Assembly (NCBI GenBank): GCA_029856145.1
Contig: JAHQWK010000001.1
Location: 544,001 to 608,000 of the forward strand
Direction: 5' to 3'
Length of the DNA: 64,000 nucleotides
From: Promethearchaeia archaeon
GTDB taxonomy: Archaea > Asgardarchaeota > Lokiarchaeia > Sigyniarchaeales > SOKP01
Below the pieces are notes generated by a model, which made no database searches, was not told where the DNA came from, and saw only the letters and a program-made list of their open reading frames with translations. Shown piece by piece: positions 29,715-39,672 of the stretch. The position numbers were made by a program, and so were the translations under genes. Positions within the stretch are counted from its first letter, which is position 1. The number at the start of each line of letters is the position of its first letter.

Positions 29715-30920
29715 TTAAAGAAAGAATATTTCTACGGCTTTCATAACAGCTCCACTTATCATTGGAACAGAAAAGTTATCATTTATCCCAATTGGTAATA
29801 ATTCGATCAACGGAGCAGCAATTCCCCCCGATATAAGCATTATTAGAGGTATATCTAACGATGTATAAAGAATATATCCTAGAATAATAACAGAACCAAT
29901 ATAGGCTAGAGTACCTTCAAGAGATTTTTCAAATATCTTGTGGCGCCCATAAGCTAATCCAAATATTTTAGCAAACATATCACCAAAGACAAGAAAAGTT
30001 AAAGCAGTTATTGCAATCTCAATAGGAATAAAAAAAAGTACTGTTAAAAACGTAGATATTAAAAAAATAGTCATTGTTGAGAATCTTTTCTCTTCACCTT
30101 TTCTAAAAATCGCTTTAATTTTTTCTGTTAACAATATATTGGTTCGCTTATGAAGAAATCGAAAGATATCAAGAGCAACAAAACATAAACACACAATTCC
30201 TATAACAGAAAGGCCAAGTTGATAATCAATAAAAACAAATATAAGAAATAACAACGATACGGGTCTTATAGCTACTCTCCACCAACTTGAGAGAAAAGCT
30301 TCATCTGTAATCACTAATTTTTTCTCTGTAATTACTTTATACATTCCAATAGATGCAATATGAACAAGAATTAATACAAAAAAGAGATTAAATCCGCTTG
30401 TAGGATAGATTATAAATACAGAATAACCAAGTAAAGGAAATAAAATCACTGGTAAAAGCGTCCCTGCTTTAGATATATAAGTAAATATTATTACGAGTAT
30501 AAGTAATAAAAGTAAAACATAAAATAATTCAAAACTGGTGGTAAGATAGTTTACAAGGTAAAAAAGGAGTAATCCAGTGGCAGTAGCATTCCCTTGACCC
30601 CCCCGAAATTTTAAATAAAATGGAAAAACATGGCCAACTATAGCCATTAATCCACTAATTTGCCAAAAAATAGGATTAACTCCTAAGCTAAACGCGACCA
30701 TCATTGCTAATAAACCTTTTAAAGTGTCATATAAAGCCGTTAGAATAGCATAAGGAAGACCTAAAACTTTAAATGCATTCGTAGTTCCTGGGTTCTTTGT
30801 TCCCTCTTCTCTTACATCAATCCCTTTTAATTTACCAAAAAGAAACGCTGGTAATATTGCCCCTAAAAGGTAACCAATTATTACACTCAAAATGCTTAAA
30901 AATAACTCAACTATTTCCAT
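29715..30920 (-). CDS. plsY: PlsY-type glycerol-3-phosphate acyltransferase fused to a CTP-dependent lipid kinase (phytol/dolichol/Dgk1-like) domain
   Basis: PlsY motifs GYLLGAI, DVREEGTKNPGTTN, DTLKG, GHVFPFYLKFRGGQG; kinase motifs FRKGEEK, LVFGDMFAKIFG..YGR, KSLEGT, INDNFSVP. Confidence 0.85.
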   Translation of the reverse strand: MEIVELFLSILSVIIGYLLGAILPAFLFGKLKGIDVREEGTKNPGTTNAFKVLGLPYAILTALYDTLKGLLAMMVAFSLGVNPIFWQISGLMAIVGHVFPFYLKFRGGQGNATATGLLLFYLVNYLTTSFELFYVLLLLLILVIIFTYISKAGTLLPVILFPLLGYSVFIIYPTSGFNLFFVLILVHIASIGMYKVITEKKLVITDEAFLSSWWRVAIRPVSLLFLIFVFIDYQLGLSVIGIVCLCFVALDIFRFLHKRTNILLTEKIKAIFRKGEEKRFSTMTIFLISTFLTVLFFIPIEIAITALTFLVFGDMFAKIFGLAYGRHKIFEKSLEGTLAYIGSVIILGYILYTSLDIPLIMLISGGIAAPLIELLPIGINDNFSVPMISGAVMKAVEIFFL

Positions 30921-31098
30921 TTTATATCACTATTATTTCTATTATTACTTGAAATTATGAATATAAATACTTTTTTGTATAATATATTAATTCATTCTCA
31001 AAATAGAATATAGATTAAGTAAGTGGAATATTGAGATAAAAATTAAAAAAAATTAATAAAAAAAAATTAATTCCCTTGCTCGGAATTGTGAAATCTTT

Positions 31099-32031
31099 TT
31101 ACTGTAGCTTATTTTTTATTTGTTTGGAGCGGCTCCTCAACGTTACTTCCGTGACTTTTGCGATTTCTGATACTTCTGCCTGTGTTTTCCGAAGATTTCC
31201 CGCTTTTGCGGCCATATAAATTACACTTGCGGCTAATCCTTTTGGATCTTTACCAGTTCGTAATAATCCATTTTTTGAAGCTTTGACAAGCATATTGATT
31301 GCTTTTTTCTGTGTTTCCATTGGTAAACCAAGGTCGTTCCCGAATCGATATACCAATTGCTCCGCAGTTATTGGTCGATACTTAAGTCCTAAAAGAGGTA
31401 ACACTTCCTTTACGACCATACCCAAAGAGCGGTGTACAGTCCTTCTTGGTGTCATAGAAGCTTCACAGACTTCTTCTAATAATCGTGGAAATTCATGTAC
31501 TCTTATTGCAGCATATAATGATGCCGCAATGAATCCATCAATGGATCTGCCCATTGTGAGCTTCTTCTTTGCCACAACACTATAAATCTTCCATGCTGTT
31601 TCTTTAATATAATCCGGGATATTCATTTTGCTAGAAAGCATTTTGAGTTTGGGTTTAGCCTCCCAAAAATTGCGTTCGATGCTTGAAATCAATGAATTTT
31701 GAATTTTTGATAATCTTGAGAATAAAGTTTTCCCTCTAGCATTTATTAATCTTCCCTTTGAATCGACTTTAGATGCAGGAAGCATAGTTCTTGGTCCAAA
31801 TTCCCTCCAACGAGGCTCAGTTCGCCTTCTTTTATTTACTTCTTCAATGGTGTAAGCTCGTCGTTCATTTCCTACTAAATTGCGTTCAATAACCAATCCA
31901 CAATTTAAACATACATTATCTCCATCTCGAGATTCAATACAAGGATTATTACAACATTGAGTATCTGAATTACAGTTAAGTTCACTCTCTGAACTAGTTT
32001 TTGTTGAACGTAGTCTATCTTTATAGCTCAT
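31099..32031 (-). CDS. tfb: Transcription initiation factor IIB
   Basis: Zn ribbon (CCNN..VCLNCGLV), two cyclin repeats, GRSIDGFIAASLYAA, GKDPKGLAA..IY, TQAEVSEIAKVTEVTLR. Confidence 0.95.
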   Translation of the reverse strand: MSYKDRLRSTKTSSESELNCNSDTQCCNNPCIESRDGDNVCLNCGLVIERNLVGNERRAYTIEEVNKRRRTEPRWREFGPRTMLPASKVDSKGRLINARGKTLFSRLSKIQNSLISSIERNFWEAKPKLKMLSSKMNIPDYIKETAWKIYSVVAKKKLTMGRSIDGFIAASLYAAIRVHEFPRLLEEVCEASMTPRRTVHRSLGMVVKEVLPLLGLKYRPITAEQLVYRFGNDLGLPMETQKKAINMLVKASKNGLLRTGKDPKGLAASVIYMAAKAGNLRKTQAEVSEIAKVTEVTLRSRSKQIKNKLQ

Positions 32032-32398
32032 TTCTGTTCACTTATTATTGTTTTATTTTTTTTCGGCTGTTGGTAAATTAATCAATATTGATATTGATCG
32101 AATTTGTGTCTGTTCTGTGATCGTTATGATCCGTTTTGTATAAATTCTTTTAGTCTTTAAAATATTAATTTTATTGACTATGTCTTTAAATTTTTTAAAA
32201 TAGATCATGTCTATTTATGCGTTATGTCACAAATTGTAACGCCACTATATAAAAGCTTTTCTATACAAATTTGTTATATGTCCACGAACGGGCGAAAAAC
32301 GGGGATTTTAGTGGGATTTATAAAATATAAAAAGAATAGGAATCAAAAAGAACTAAAAAAAGGAAAATCTTTTGATCGAATTTTTATTATAAGGAACT

Positions 32399-34129
32399 TT
32401 AATGGTGGAGATACATGAACCTCTCCATATAATACAAGAAAATTTGATTATAATACCCTGTGAAATAGAAATCGGATGCGTGGCCACCAAAAGGCATCCA
32501 TAATATAGCACAGTTTTCATTTGCATTAGCGTAATATGTATTTTGAATATTTTCAGATATACAAAAATAATTAATTATATCATGAGTGCCTTGAAAGATA
32601 AGGCAAGGAGGGCTATCACTTTCAATTAGTTTTTCTGGATTTTTAAACACATCCCTTCCACTAATTCCAAAAAAGTTCATTAGATCATTTGCAGGATAGA
32701 AAGGAACCAATCCCTTTATTGTTAAATTAGCGCTGAATATATCTGTGTAATCTCCACTCGCTATAGCTAAAGCTACAGCACAAGTTAGATGTCCTCCTGC
32801 TGATCCACCACTAATGAATACAGAATCCAAATTTGCACCATAACTATCAGCATTATCAGTCAAATAGTTAGTAAAAACACCAATATGACGCATCATGTCA
32901 TCGATATCAAAATTGCCTTTTTTATAATCAGGTGTTAAGGGATCAAGTGAATATAAAGGATTTTCAGCAATTCCATATTGAATATCAAAAACTTTATAAC
33001 CTTGAGCAGCGAAATATTTATTCATCTGCATCATATTCATCAAACCTTTATCACCAGAAACCCAAGCTCCTCCATGGATTCTAATAATTGTAGAGTTTGC
33101 TCCAGGAAGTTCTTCACCATTATTTAAAGGCATATAAGCGTCAAAATATAGTTTTATTCCTTCATCATTATAGAACAAAGTATTTTTCTCAATTTTACAG
33201 TCCTTAGGAGGAATTCCTAAAAAATAGCTTGATAAAGAGAAAGGGGTTTCTAAAAAGAAATTGTCAACTTCAGAAGGTATCTTTTCTCTCCAGTCTGAAC
33301 CAAACGTATTTGAAAAGTTTCGTTCAATATTATTTATTGTATATTGGGTTAAAAATAATGGAGTTAATAGCAATCCAGATATAAAAATCCCACTTATTGC
33401 AGTTCTATAAAATTTTTTAGAATTCCATCTGGGATGTTTCAATTTTAAAAGTAGAATTGTATTTGCAAAAAATATTATTGAAAAGAAGATACCAAATTGA
33501 CCAGAAACGATTGCTATAAATGTGGTAACAACTTCAAAAGAACCAACTAAAATAACAATTCCAAAGATAATACCTATGATAAAAGTAACCCTGGAAATTA
33601 CAGTAATAATTTTCTTTAATGTTTTTTTAGTTTTAACGAATCTCGCTGAAAATCGTTTTTCGAAATAATACTTTTCAAACCCTAAGTTTATCTTATTATA
33701 AGTTTTACTTCCAAAAACAGCATAAATAATTCCTATAATTAAAATCCCAAAATAGAAGATATAAGTTAAGGTGTATGCCAATAAATTATCAATTAATTGA
33801 TTGGAATAAGTTACAGAAATAAGTAAATTTCCAAGCATCATACAAACTATAGCAAGAATAATAAATATTAAATAAACATAACTGAATAAATTCATTTTAG
33901 TAGTGAATTTGCTCCTTCCATTTGTCTTGTTTGAGTTAATAAAAATAAGAATAAGATTTCCAAAAAATGTCATTAAAAGAAGAATTCCAAAAACATCCCA
34001 TAATATTGAATAGGAAGGAAATAATAAATAAAAGATTCCCAAAATAACACAAATTGAATTCAAGATAACTGAGGAGTAGCAGGCGCTTATAATAGATGGA
34101 TTATTTAACCAATTCTTCCCGATCTTCAT
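32399..34129 (-). CDS. Membrane-bound alpha/beta hydrolase (HSL-like esterase/lipase)
   Basis: About 7 N-terminal TM helices; IHGGAW, GGSAGGHL, QGTHD, GGH. Confidence 0.88.
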   Translation of the reverse strand: MKIGKNWLNNPSIISACYSSVILNSICVILGIFYLLFPSYSILWDVFGILLLMTFFGNLILIFINSNKTNGRSKFTTKMNLFSYVYLIFIILAIVCMMLGNLLISVTYSNQLIDNLLAYTLTYIFYFGILIIGIIYAVFGSKTYNKINLGFEKYYFEKRFSARFVKTKKTLKKIITVISRVTFIIGIIFGIVILVGSFEVVTTFIAIVSGQFGIFFSIIFFANTILLLKLKHPRWNSKKFYRTAISGIFISGLLLTPLFLTQYTINNIERNFSNTFGSDWREKIPSEVDNFFLETPFSLSSYFLGIPPKDCKIEKNTLFYNDEGIKLYFDAYMPLNNGEELPGANSTIIRIHGGAWVSGDKGLMNMMQMNKYFAAQGYKVFDIQYGIAENPLYSLDPLTPDYKKGNFDIDDMMRHIGVFTNYLTDNADSYGANLDSVFISGGSAGGHLTCAVALAIASGDYTDIFSANLTIKGLVPFYPANDLMNFFGISGRDVFKNPEKLIESDSPPCLIFQGTHDIINYFCISENIQNTYYANANENCAILWMPFGGHASDFYFTGYYNQIFLYYMERFMYLHH

Positions 34130-34412
34130 TTTTTGCTTACTTTTGGTTCTCCCCTAATCCTAAGTATAAATATAATGGCTAAATCTAATGTCAAAGATTC
34201 TTGCCATTACTAAATATTCTTATACCTAATGATTCCCATAGGAATCAAGGTTTAAACTTATATTATTGATCAAAAATTTAATATTAAAACATAGACAAAA
34301 AGATAAATTTTTAAAGTGAAAGCGGAAAATATCGGAAATTCCTATTTAATCTAATAAAGGTGTTTTATTCTCCTTTATTACTCATTTTTATGTGTGACTT
34401 TAACACGTACTT

Positions 34413-35708
34413 TCATTTATTAATATCAGATATTTTTAATAAAGGAAGCACTAAGGGACCATTAGGTAAAATTAGTATAGATGCATCCGGTCCATATTTC
34501 TTTAAACAAATTTTAATGGCTTCTTCAACGGTCTTAGCGTATTTCAACCCAATATTACCAATCTCATCTTCATTTAATTTAGAAATGATAAAGATCTCTG
34601 CTTTCATAAGAATTCTAGCAAGTATTTGAATTTCCCATTGATCAGGTACTACAATTTCCTTATTTAATATTTTTTTGTGAATTTCGATCGGTGTCATTCC
34701 AGAATATATTAATTCTTTAAATTTATCTTGGGCAATCCCAATCCCATCAACACATTCATTTACAGCGATGATTGTACCACTCTTTTTTACAGCCATTTCT
34801 CCAATTGCCATGCTTTTTACTGCTTGGTATAAATTAAGGTCTAGGGGATATCCTCCATTGCCACATATAACTATATCATAGGGCTCCTTAATTTCTCTGA
34901 AAATATGTCTTTTTTGATACTTTATTAATTTTTCATGAGCTTCAATAAGATCTCCTGCAGTTATTTGAACAATTTCATGTTGCTTATTAATACATACATT
35001 GACAATAAAATCTACCCCTACGATGTTAGAAATTTCAATTGCATGATCATGTAAAGGATTTTCCTTGTAAATTCCGAATCGAGCATATTTTGAATTGATT
35101 TTTTCAGCAGAGTGATTAGCTTGGATAGTTTCTGTTCCTAAAATACCAGGAACTATAGATTTACGACCACCTGAAAACCCAAAAAAGAAGTGAGGTTCTA
35201 CATAGCCGGTTAAGATCTTTAAATCAGCAGTAAAATAATGTCTATTTATTAAAATTGGATCTTTATCAGTTAACTTTCCTATATAGATCAAGGAATCTTT
35301 ATCATTTGCTTGATGATCGACAACTTTAATTCTGTTTTTTAGATTTTTACCCAAAATACGTTCCAATTCATCCTCATAAGAAGCACGATGTAGTCCTATG
35401 GCAATCAGAATGGTAATTTGGTTATCTTCAATTCCGTAAGCATTTAACTCATCTATTAAAGCTTCAAGAATTAAGTTTGAGGGGACCGGTCTAGTTGCGT
35501 CACTTGAAACAATACAGACTTTTTCTAAATTACTTTTATTATTAATTATATCTTTAAGAGGTAAACATCCAATTGGATTATTAATTGCGTCTTTAATTTT
35601 TATTATAGGATTTTCAATAGGTTTTCGTTCTGAAGGCAGAAAGATGGTAGTATTCCATTTTGGATCTAAACTTATTTCAATACCATCTTTTCCATAATCA
35701 AATTTCAT
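34413..35708 (-). CDS. larA: Nickel-dependent lactate racemase (LarA family)
   Basis: SDATRPVP, AIGLHR, EPHFFFGFSGGRKSIVPG, GGYPLDLNLYQAVK, PDQWE. Confidence 0.92.
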   Translation of the reverse strand: MKFDYGKDGIEISLDPKWNTTIFLPSERKPIENPIIKIKDAINNPIGCLPLKDIINNKSNLEKVCIVSSDATRPVPSNLILEALIDELNAYGIEDNQITILIAIGLHRASYEDELERILGKNLKNRIKVVDHQANDKDSLIYIGKLTDKDPILINRHYFTADLKILTGYVEPHFFFGFSGGRKSIVPGILGTETIQANHSAEKINSKYARFGIYKENPLHDHAIEISNIVGVDFIVNVCINKQHEIVQITAGDLIEAHEKLIKYQKRHIFREIKEPYDIVICGNGGYPLDLNLYQAVKSMAIGEMAVKKSGTIIAVNECVDGIGIAQDKFKELIYSGMTPIEIHKKILNKEIVVPDQWEIQILARILMKAEIFIISKLNEDEIGNIGLKYAKTVEEAIKICLKKYGPDASILILPNGPLVLPLLKISDINK

Positions 35709-35714
35709 GATTTC

Positions 35715-37451
35715 TCAATTTTCATGGATAATTTCTCTTGCTTTTTCAAAAATTTCAATTGTATTTACACCAGCAGGACATTTAGTTTGACAGAGCCCAC
35801 ATAAAGTACATGTGTGAAACACTTCTGTAATTAAATCATTTAATTCTAAATCACCATGGACTAATCCGTTTAAGAGACATAAACGTCCTCTTGGACTATA
35901 TGTTTCTAATGCATAATTTATTCTCGAGGGACAAGTGATACAAAATCCACATCTCATACATTTTAATTCCAATATGCTATCAGATTGGTTTTTTAGAGAA
36001 CGTTTTATGCTTGGAGTATTAATAGCTCGAAGATCTCCTTTTCCAATTCCTGGATTTAAGATCATATTCGGATCATAGAATTTCTTAATTTGTGTCATCA
36101 ATTCAATTATATTAGAGTCATGTTCTAATTCAAGATATGGGGTTTTAATTTTCCCTATTCCATGTTCACCGGTTATTGATCCTCCAGCAGGTATTATTAT
36201 TTCTCTGTATAAATAATCTATTGCCTTTTCAAAATCTTTTACATCTTGTTCATCATTTTCATTAAATAAAAATGTGGGATGCAAATTTCCTTCCATGTGA
36301 CAGATTATTGCGACTAACAAATTTTTGGCGTTAATTCTTTTAGGAATCTCTTCTATTTTTTTAATAACTTCAGAAAATTCTGAAATTTGAATTGTACAAT
36401 CTTCAACACAGGTATTGGGTCTAATTCTTGAAAGAGCGGGAAGATTAGCTTTTCTTGCAAGGATTAACCTTTCTCTTTCTTCTTCAGTCATAGCTATTTT
36501 ATTATAGATTGGATTTTTTTGGATAATAATATCAAACATAACTGCAAATGATTCATCAACTTCAATTGTAGAGTTTCCATCAACCTCAGCTAATAGAACA
36601 TATCCATTTGGAAAATCAAAGAATTCACCACCTAAATATTCAGTAACCGCTTTCAAAATAATTTTATCCATAAATTCTAATAAATTTGGTACAATCCCTC
36701 TTCTTCTTATCTCTAAAACAGCATCTTTTAAATCATCAACATTTTCAAAAATAAACAGTCCTAATTTTCGCGTCTTTGGTAAAGGTCGGATTCTTAAACC
36801 TATCTTTGTAATAACTCCCAAAGTGCCTTCCGAACCGATAAAAAGGTCTTTTATGTTATATGAAGATACTGATTTTAAAACTTTTGAACCTAAATTTAAA
36901 ATTCTTCCATCTGATAATACAACTTCTAAATAAATAACATAAATTTTTGTGACACCATACTTGAATGCTTGTATACCTCCCGCATTGTTTGCGACCATCC
37001 CTCCAATAGTAGCAACGCAACTAGAACCAGGATCTGGAGGAAAAAAGTATCCATATGGTTTTAAAGTCTCATTTAACTCATCACATATTACTCCTGGTTC
37101 AACTTCAACTAAATTATTTTCAATGTCTACCTTTAGAATTTCATTCATTTGACTCAAATCTAAAATTATCCCCCCATAGGGGCTTAGTGAGCCAGATGAT
37201 AAACTTGTACCACTTCCTCGAGGGGTTACTGGAATTCTATTTTTATTGGCTAAATTTAGAATTTCAGAAACCTGTTTCGTATTTTGTGGGATTAATATTA
37301 AATCTGGAACCCATCCTTTATTAAAAATGGATCCTCCAAAAGCATAAGTGAATCTTACTTCATACTCATCAAAAAAAAAACTTTCTCCAACGACTTCCTT
37401 AAATTTATCTAATAAAAGTTGGGAGATTTTATTATAATGTGGTGGTTCCAT
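35715..37451 (-). CDS. FAD-linked oxidase (GlcD/D-lactate dehydrogenase-like) fused to a 4Fe-4S dicluster domain
   Basis: PRGSGTSL, FPPDP, TIGGMVANNAGG, IGSEGTLG, GNLHP, GEHGIG, LNPG; CMRCGFC..CP and CTLCGLCQTKCP. Confidence 0.9.
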   Translation of the reverse strand: MEPPHYNKISQLLLDKFKEVVGESFFFDEYEVRFTYAFGGSIFNKGWVPDLILIPQNTKQVSEILNLANKNRIPVTPRGSGTSLSSGSLSPYGGIILDLSQMNEILKVDIENNLVEVEPGVICDELNETLKPYGYFFPPDPGSSCVATIGGMVANNAGGIQAFKYGVTKIYVIYLEVVLSDGRILNLGSKVLKSVSSYNIKDLFIGSEGTLGVITKIGLRIRPLPKTRKLGLFIFENVDDLKDAVLEIRRRGIVPNLLEFMDKIILKAVTEYLGGEFFDFPNGYVLLAEVDGNSTIEVDESFAVMFDIIIQKNPIYNKIAMTEEERERLILARKANLPALSRIRPNTCVEDCTIQISEFSEVIKKIEEIPKRINAKNLLVAIICHMEGNLHPTFLFNENDEQDVKDFEKAIDYLYREIIIPAGGSITGEHGIGKIKTPYLELEHDSNIIELMTQIKKFYDPNMILNPGIGKGDLRAINTPSIKRSLKNQSDSILELKCMRCGFCITCPSRINYALETYSPRGRLCLLNGLVHGDLELNDLITEVFHTCTLCGLCQTKCPAGVNTIEIFEKAREIIHEN

Positions 37452-37699
37452 TTTTAAAATTTTTCTGTTGAAGCTTAATTATATTTTGGTAAATGACTTT
37501 AGATATATTTTATTCTTTTAAAAATAAATTTTGTTTCTATAAAATCCTTTGAAAGAATTTCAAAATTCTTTCGCATAATACAATTTCTCATATGACTTCA
37601 AATCTTTTCTTTTTTTTTCTATAATCGAAAAAAATTTAAGATTGATTTGATTTTTTAATCATGAAAAAGAAAATTCGCCAATAATAAAAGGAAAAAAGA

Positions 37700-38023
37700 A
37701 TGAAACAATCTAATAATAAAAATTCTACAGATGACGCAGAATTTAAAAAAATTCCATCTATAAATAAAAAAAAGCAGCTCTATTCAAATTATTTAAGTAA
37801 TATAATTCAGAATTTATCAAATCCCAGGTTCCTAGGATCAATTCATATGAAAAAAGAGACAAGTCCTAAGATCAATTCAGTTGAAAATCTGATAGAAGAT
37901 GAACTAAAATTAAAGATGACAAAAGCTTTAAAAAACACATTATTTAACCCTGTAACAAAGATTTTAATACTATCGGCGATTGTTTTTAATCTTATCTGGT
38001 TTCTCTTAATAGCTATTTTATAA
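37700..38023 (+). CDS. Hypothetical tail-anchored membrane protein
   Basis: Soluble N-terminus and a single hydrophobic C-terminal helix. Confidence 0.55.
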   Translation: MKQSNNKNSTDDAEFKKIPSINKKKQLYSNYLSNIIQNLSNPRFLGSIHMKKETSPKINSVENLIEDELKLKMTKALKNTLFNPVTKILILSAIVFNLIWFLLIAIL

Positions 38024-38202
38024 AAGATTAAAAGTAAGTTAATCGAAAAACTAGACAAATGGTTAAATATTTTTTTAGAGTAGTAACAAAAACTTATTTT
38101 CCATCTAATAAATTTAAAAGGTATTTAAATCTGTTAAGATTAGATTTTAATATTCATTTCAGATATTCAAACTAAACTATTAATAAAAAGGTTATTGTGT
38201 AA

Positions 38203-39672
38203 TTGATTTACGACGTAATTATTATTGGGGGTGGTGTCACAGGGTGCAATATAGCCCGTACTCTTTCAAAATATAATTTAAAAGTGTGTTTATTAGAAAA
38301 AGAGGCAGAGATTGCTGCTGGAACCACTAAGGCTAATTCTGGAGTAATTCATGCTGGATATGCTTCTTCTAGAGAATACATTAAGCGATATTTATGTATT
38401 AAAGGAAATAAACTATATACCCAAGCAGCCGAGGAATTGAATTTCCCATTCAAACGAATTGGTTCCTTTGTAGTTGCATTAGAGGATAATCAAATTAAAC
38501 AGTTAGAAGAAGAACGAAAAAAAGGCATTGAAGATGGCATTCCTGGTTTGGAAGTAATATTAGACAAGAAGAAAATAAAACAGATGGAACCCAATTTAAC
38601 TGATGAGGTTGTTGGAGTGTTACATGCTCCAACAGCGGGACTTGCTAGCCCATATGAATTAACCTTTGCATTGGCTGAAAATGCTGCCATGAACGGGATA
38701 AAATTTTTCAGAAATCATGAAGTAGTTAAAATTAAACATCAGGATTACATTTTCACTATACGAACATATGAAGGTGAATTTCAGGGACGAAATATAATTA
38801 ATGCTGCTGGATTGCATGCTGCGAGAGTTTCCAGAATGCTAGGACTAGATTATTTTAGTATAATGCCAAGAAAGGGTGAATATATTCTCTTTGATCGTAA
38901 TGTTTTTCAATTGAATAAGATTTTATTCCCAATTCCCACGAAAGTATCAAAGGGAATATTAGTTTGCCCTACACTGCATGGTAACACTTTTGTTGGACCC
39001 AATGCTCAAAATATAACTGATCGTGAAGATATCTCAACAACTACAGCAGGCTTAAAAGAAATTTTGGATGGAGGAATGAAATTAATTCCGAATATTCCCG
39101 CAAGAAGCTCAATTAGAAATTTTGCTGGATTAAGAGCTGTTCCAGATACTTATGATTTTATAATTGATAATACAGATGTATATGGTTTTATCAATGTAGC
39201 GGGGATTTTATCACCTGGTTTAACAGCAACATTCGCAATCGCAGAAAAAGTTGTTGAATTTCTTGAGTTATTAGGTGTAGAATTAAATGTGAAGGAAGAT
39301 TATAACCCTATTCGCCCTAAACCAGAAAGATTTAAAGACTTCACGAAAAAAGAACTTGACAAAAAAATACAAGAGGATCCAGCTTGGGGCAGAATAATTT
39401 GTCGATGTGAAACTATACCTGAAAAAGAAATAATTAATGCAATTCATGCTCCTGTAGGGGCCAATACGGTTGATGGTGTAAAATTTCGATGTAGGCCTGG
39501 TATGGGTAGATGTCAAGGTGGCTTTTGTCGACCTCGTGTCATTGAGATTCTATCAAGAGAACTGAACAAACCGTATGTAGAAATTACGAAGAGAGGAGAA
39601 GATACCAATATTTTGGTTGGAAAGACAAAAGACTTCATGTTAAAAAGCGAAAGGGGGGGTGCTAGTGAATGA
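38203..39672 (+). CDS. GlpA-like FAD-dependent glycerol-3-phosphate dehydrogenase with BFD-like [2Fe-2S] domain
   Basis: IIGGGVTG, TTKANSGVIHAG, PRKGEY, KGILV.PT.HGN...GP, FAGLRA, SPGLTA, ICRCE...R.RPGMGRCQGGFC. Confidence 0.88.
   Translation: MIYDVIIIGGGVTGCNIARTLSKYNLKVCLLEKEAEIAAGTTKANSGVIHAGYASSREYIKRYLCIKGNKLYTQAAEELNFPFKRIGSFVVALEDNQIKQLEEERKKGIEDGIPGLEVILDKKKIKQMEPNLTDEVVGVLHAPTAGLASPYELTFALAENAAMNGIKFFRNHEVVKIKHQDYIFTIRTYEGEFQGRNIINAAGLHAARVSRMLGLDYFSIMPRKGEYILFDRNVFQLNKILFPIPTKVSKGILVCPTLHGNTFVGPNAQNITDREDISTTTAGLKEILDGGMKLIPNIPARSSIRNFAGLRAVPDTYDFIIDNTDVYGFINVAGILSPGLTATFAIAEKVVEFLELLGVELNVKEDYNPIRPKPERFKDFTKKELDKKIQEDPAWGRIICRCETIPEKEIINAIHAPVGANTVDGVKFRCRPGMGRCQGGFCRPRVIEILSRELNKPYVEITKRGEDTNILVGKTKDFMLKSERGGASE

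Noticed and set aside
32224-32418. 64-aa ORF upstream of tfb
   Set aside because: No motif; lies in the tfb promoter region and overlaps the end of the hydrolase gene
34230-34247. Dyad TGATTCC-CATA-GGAATCA upstream of the membrane hydrolase
   Set aside because: No second copy noticed in the window and no associated regulator; could be chance
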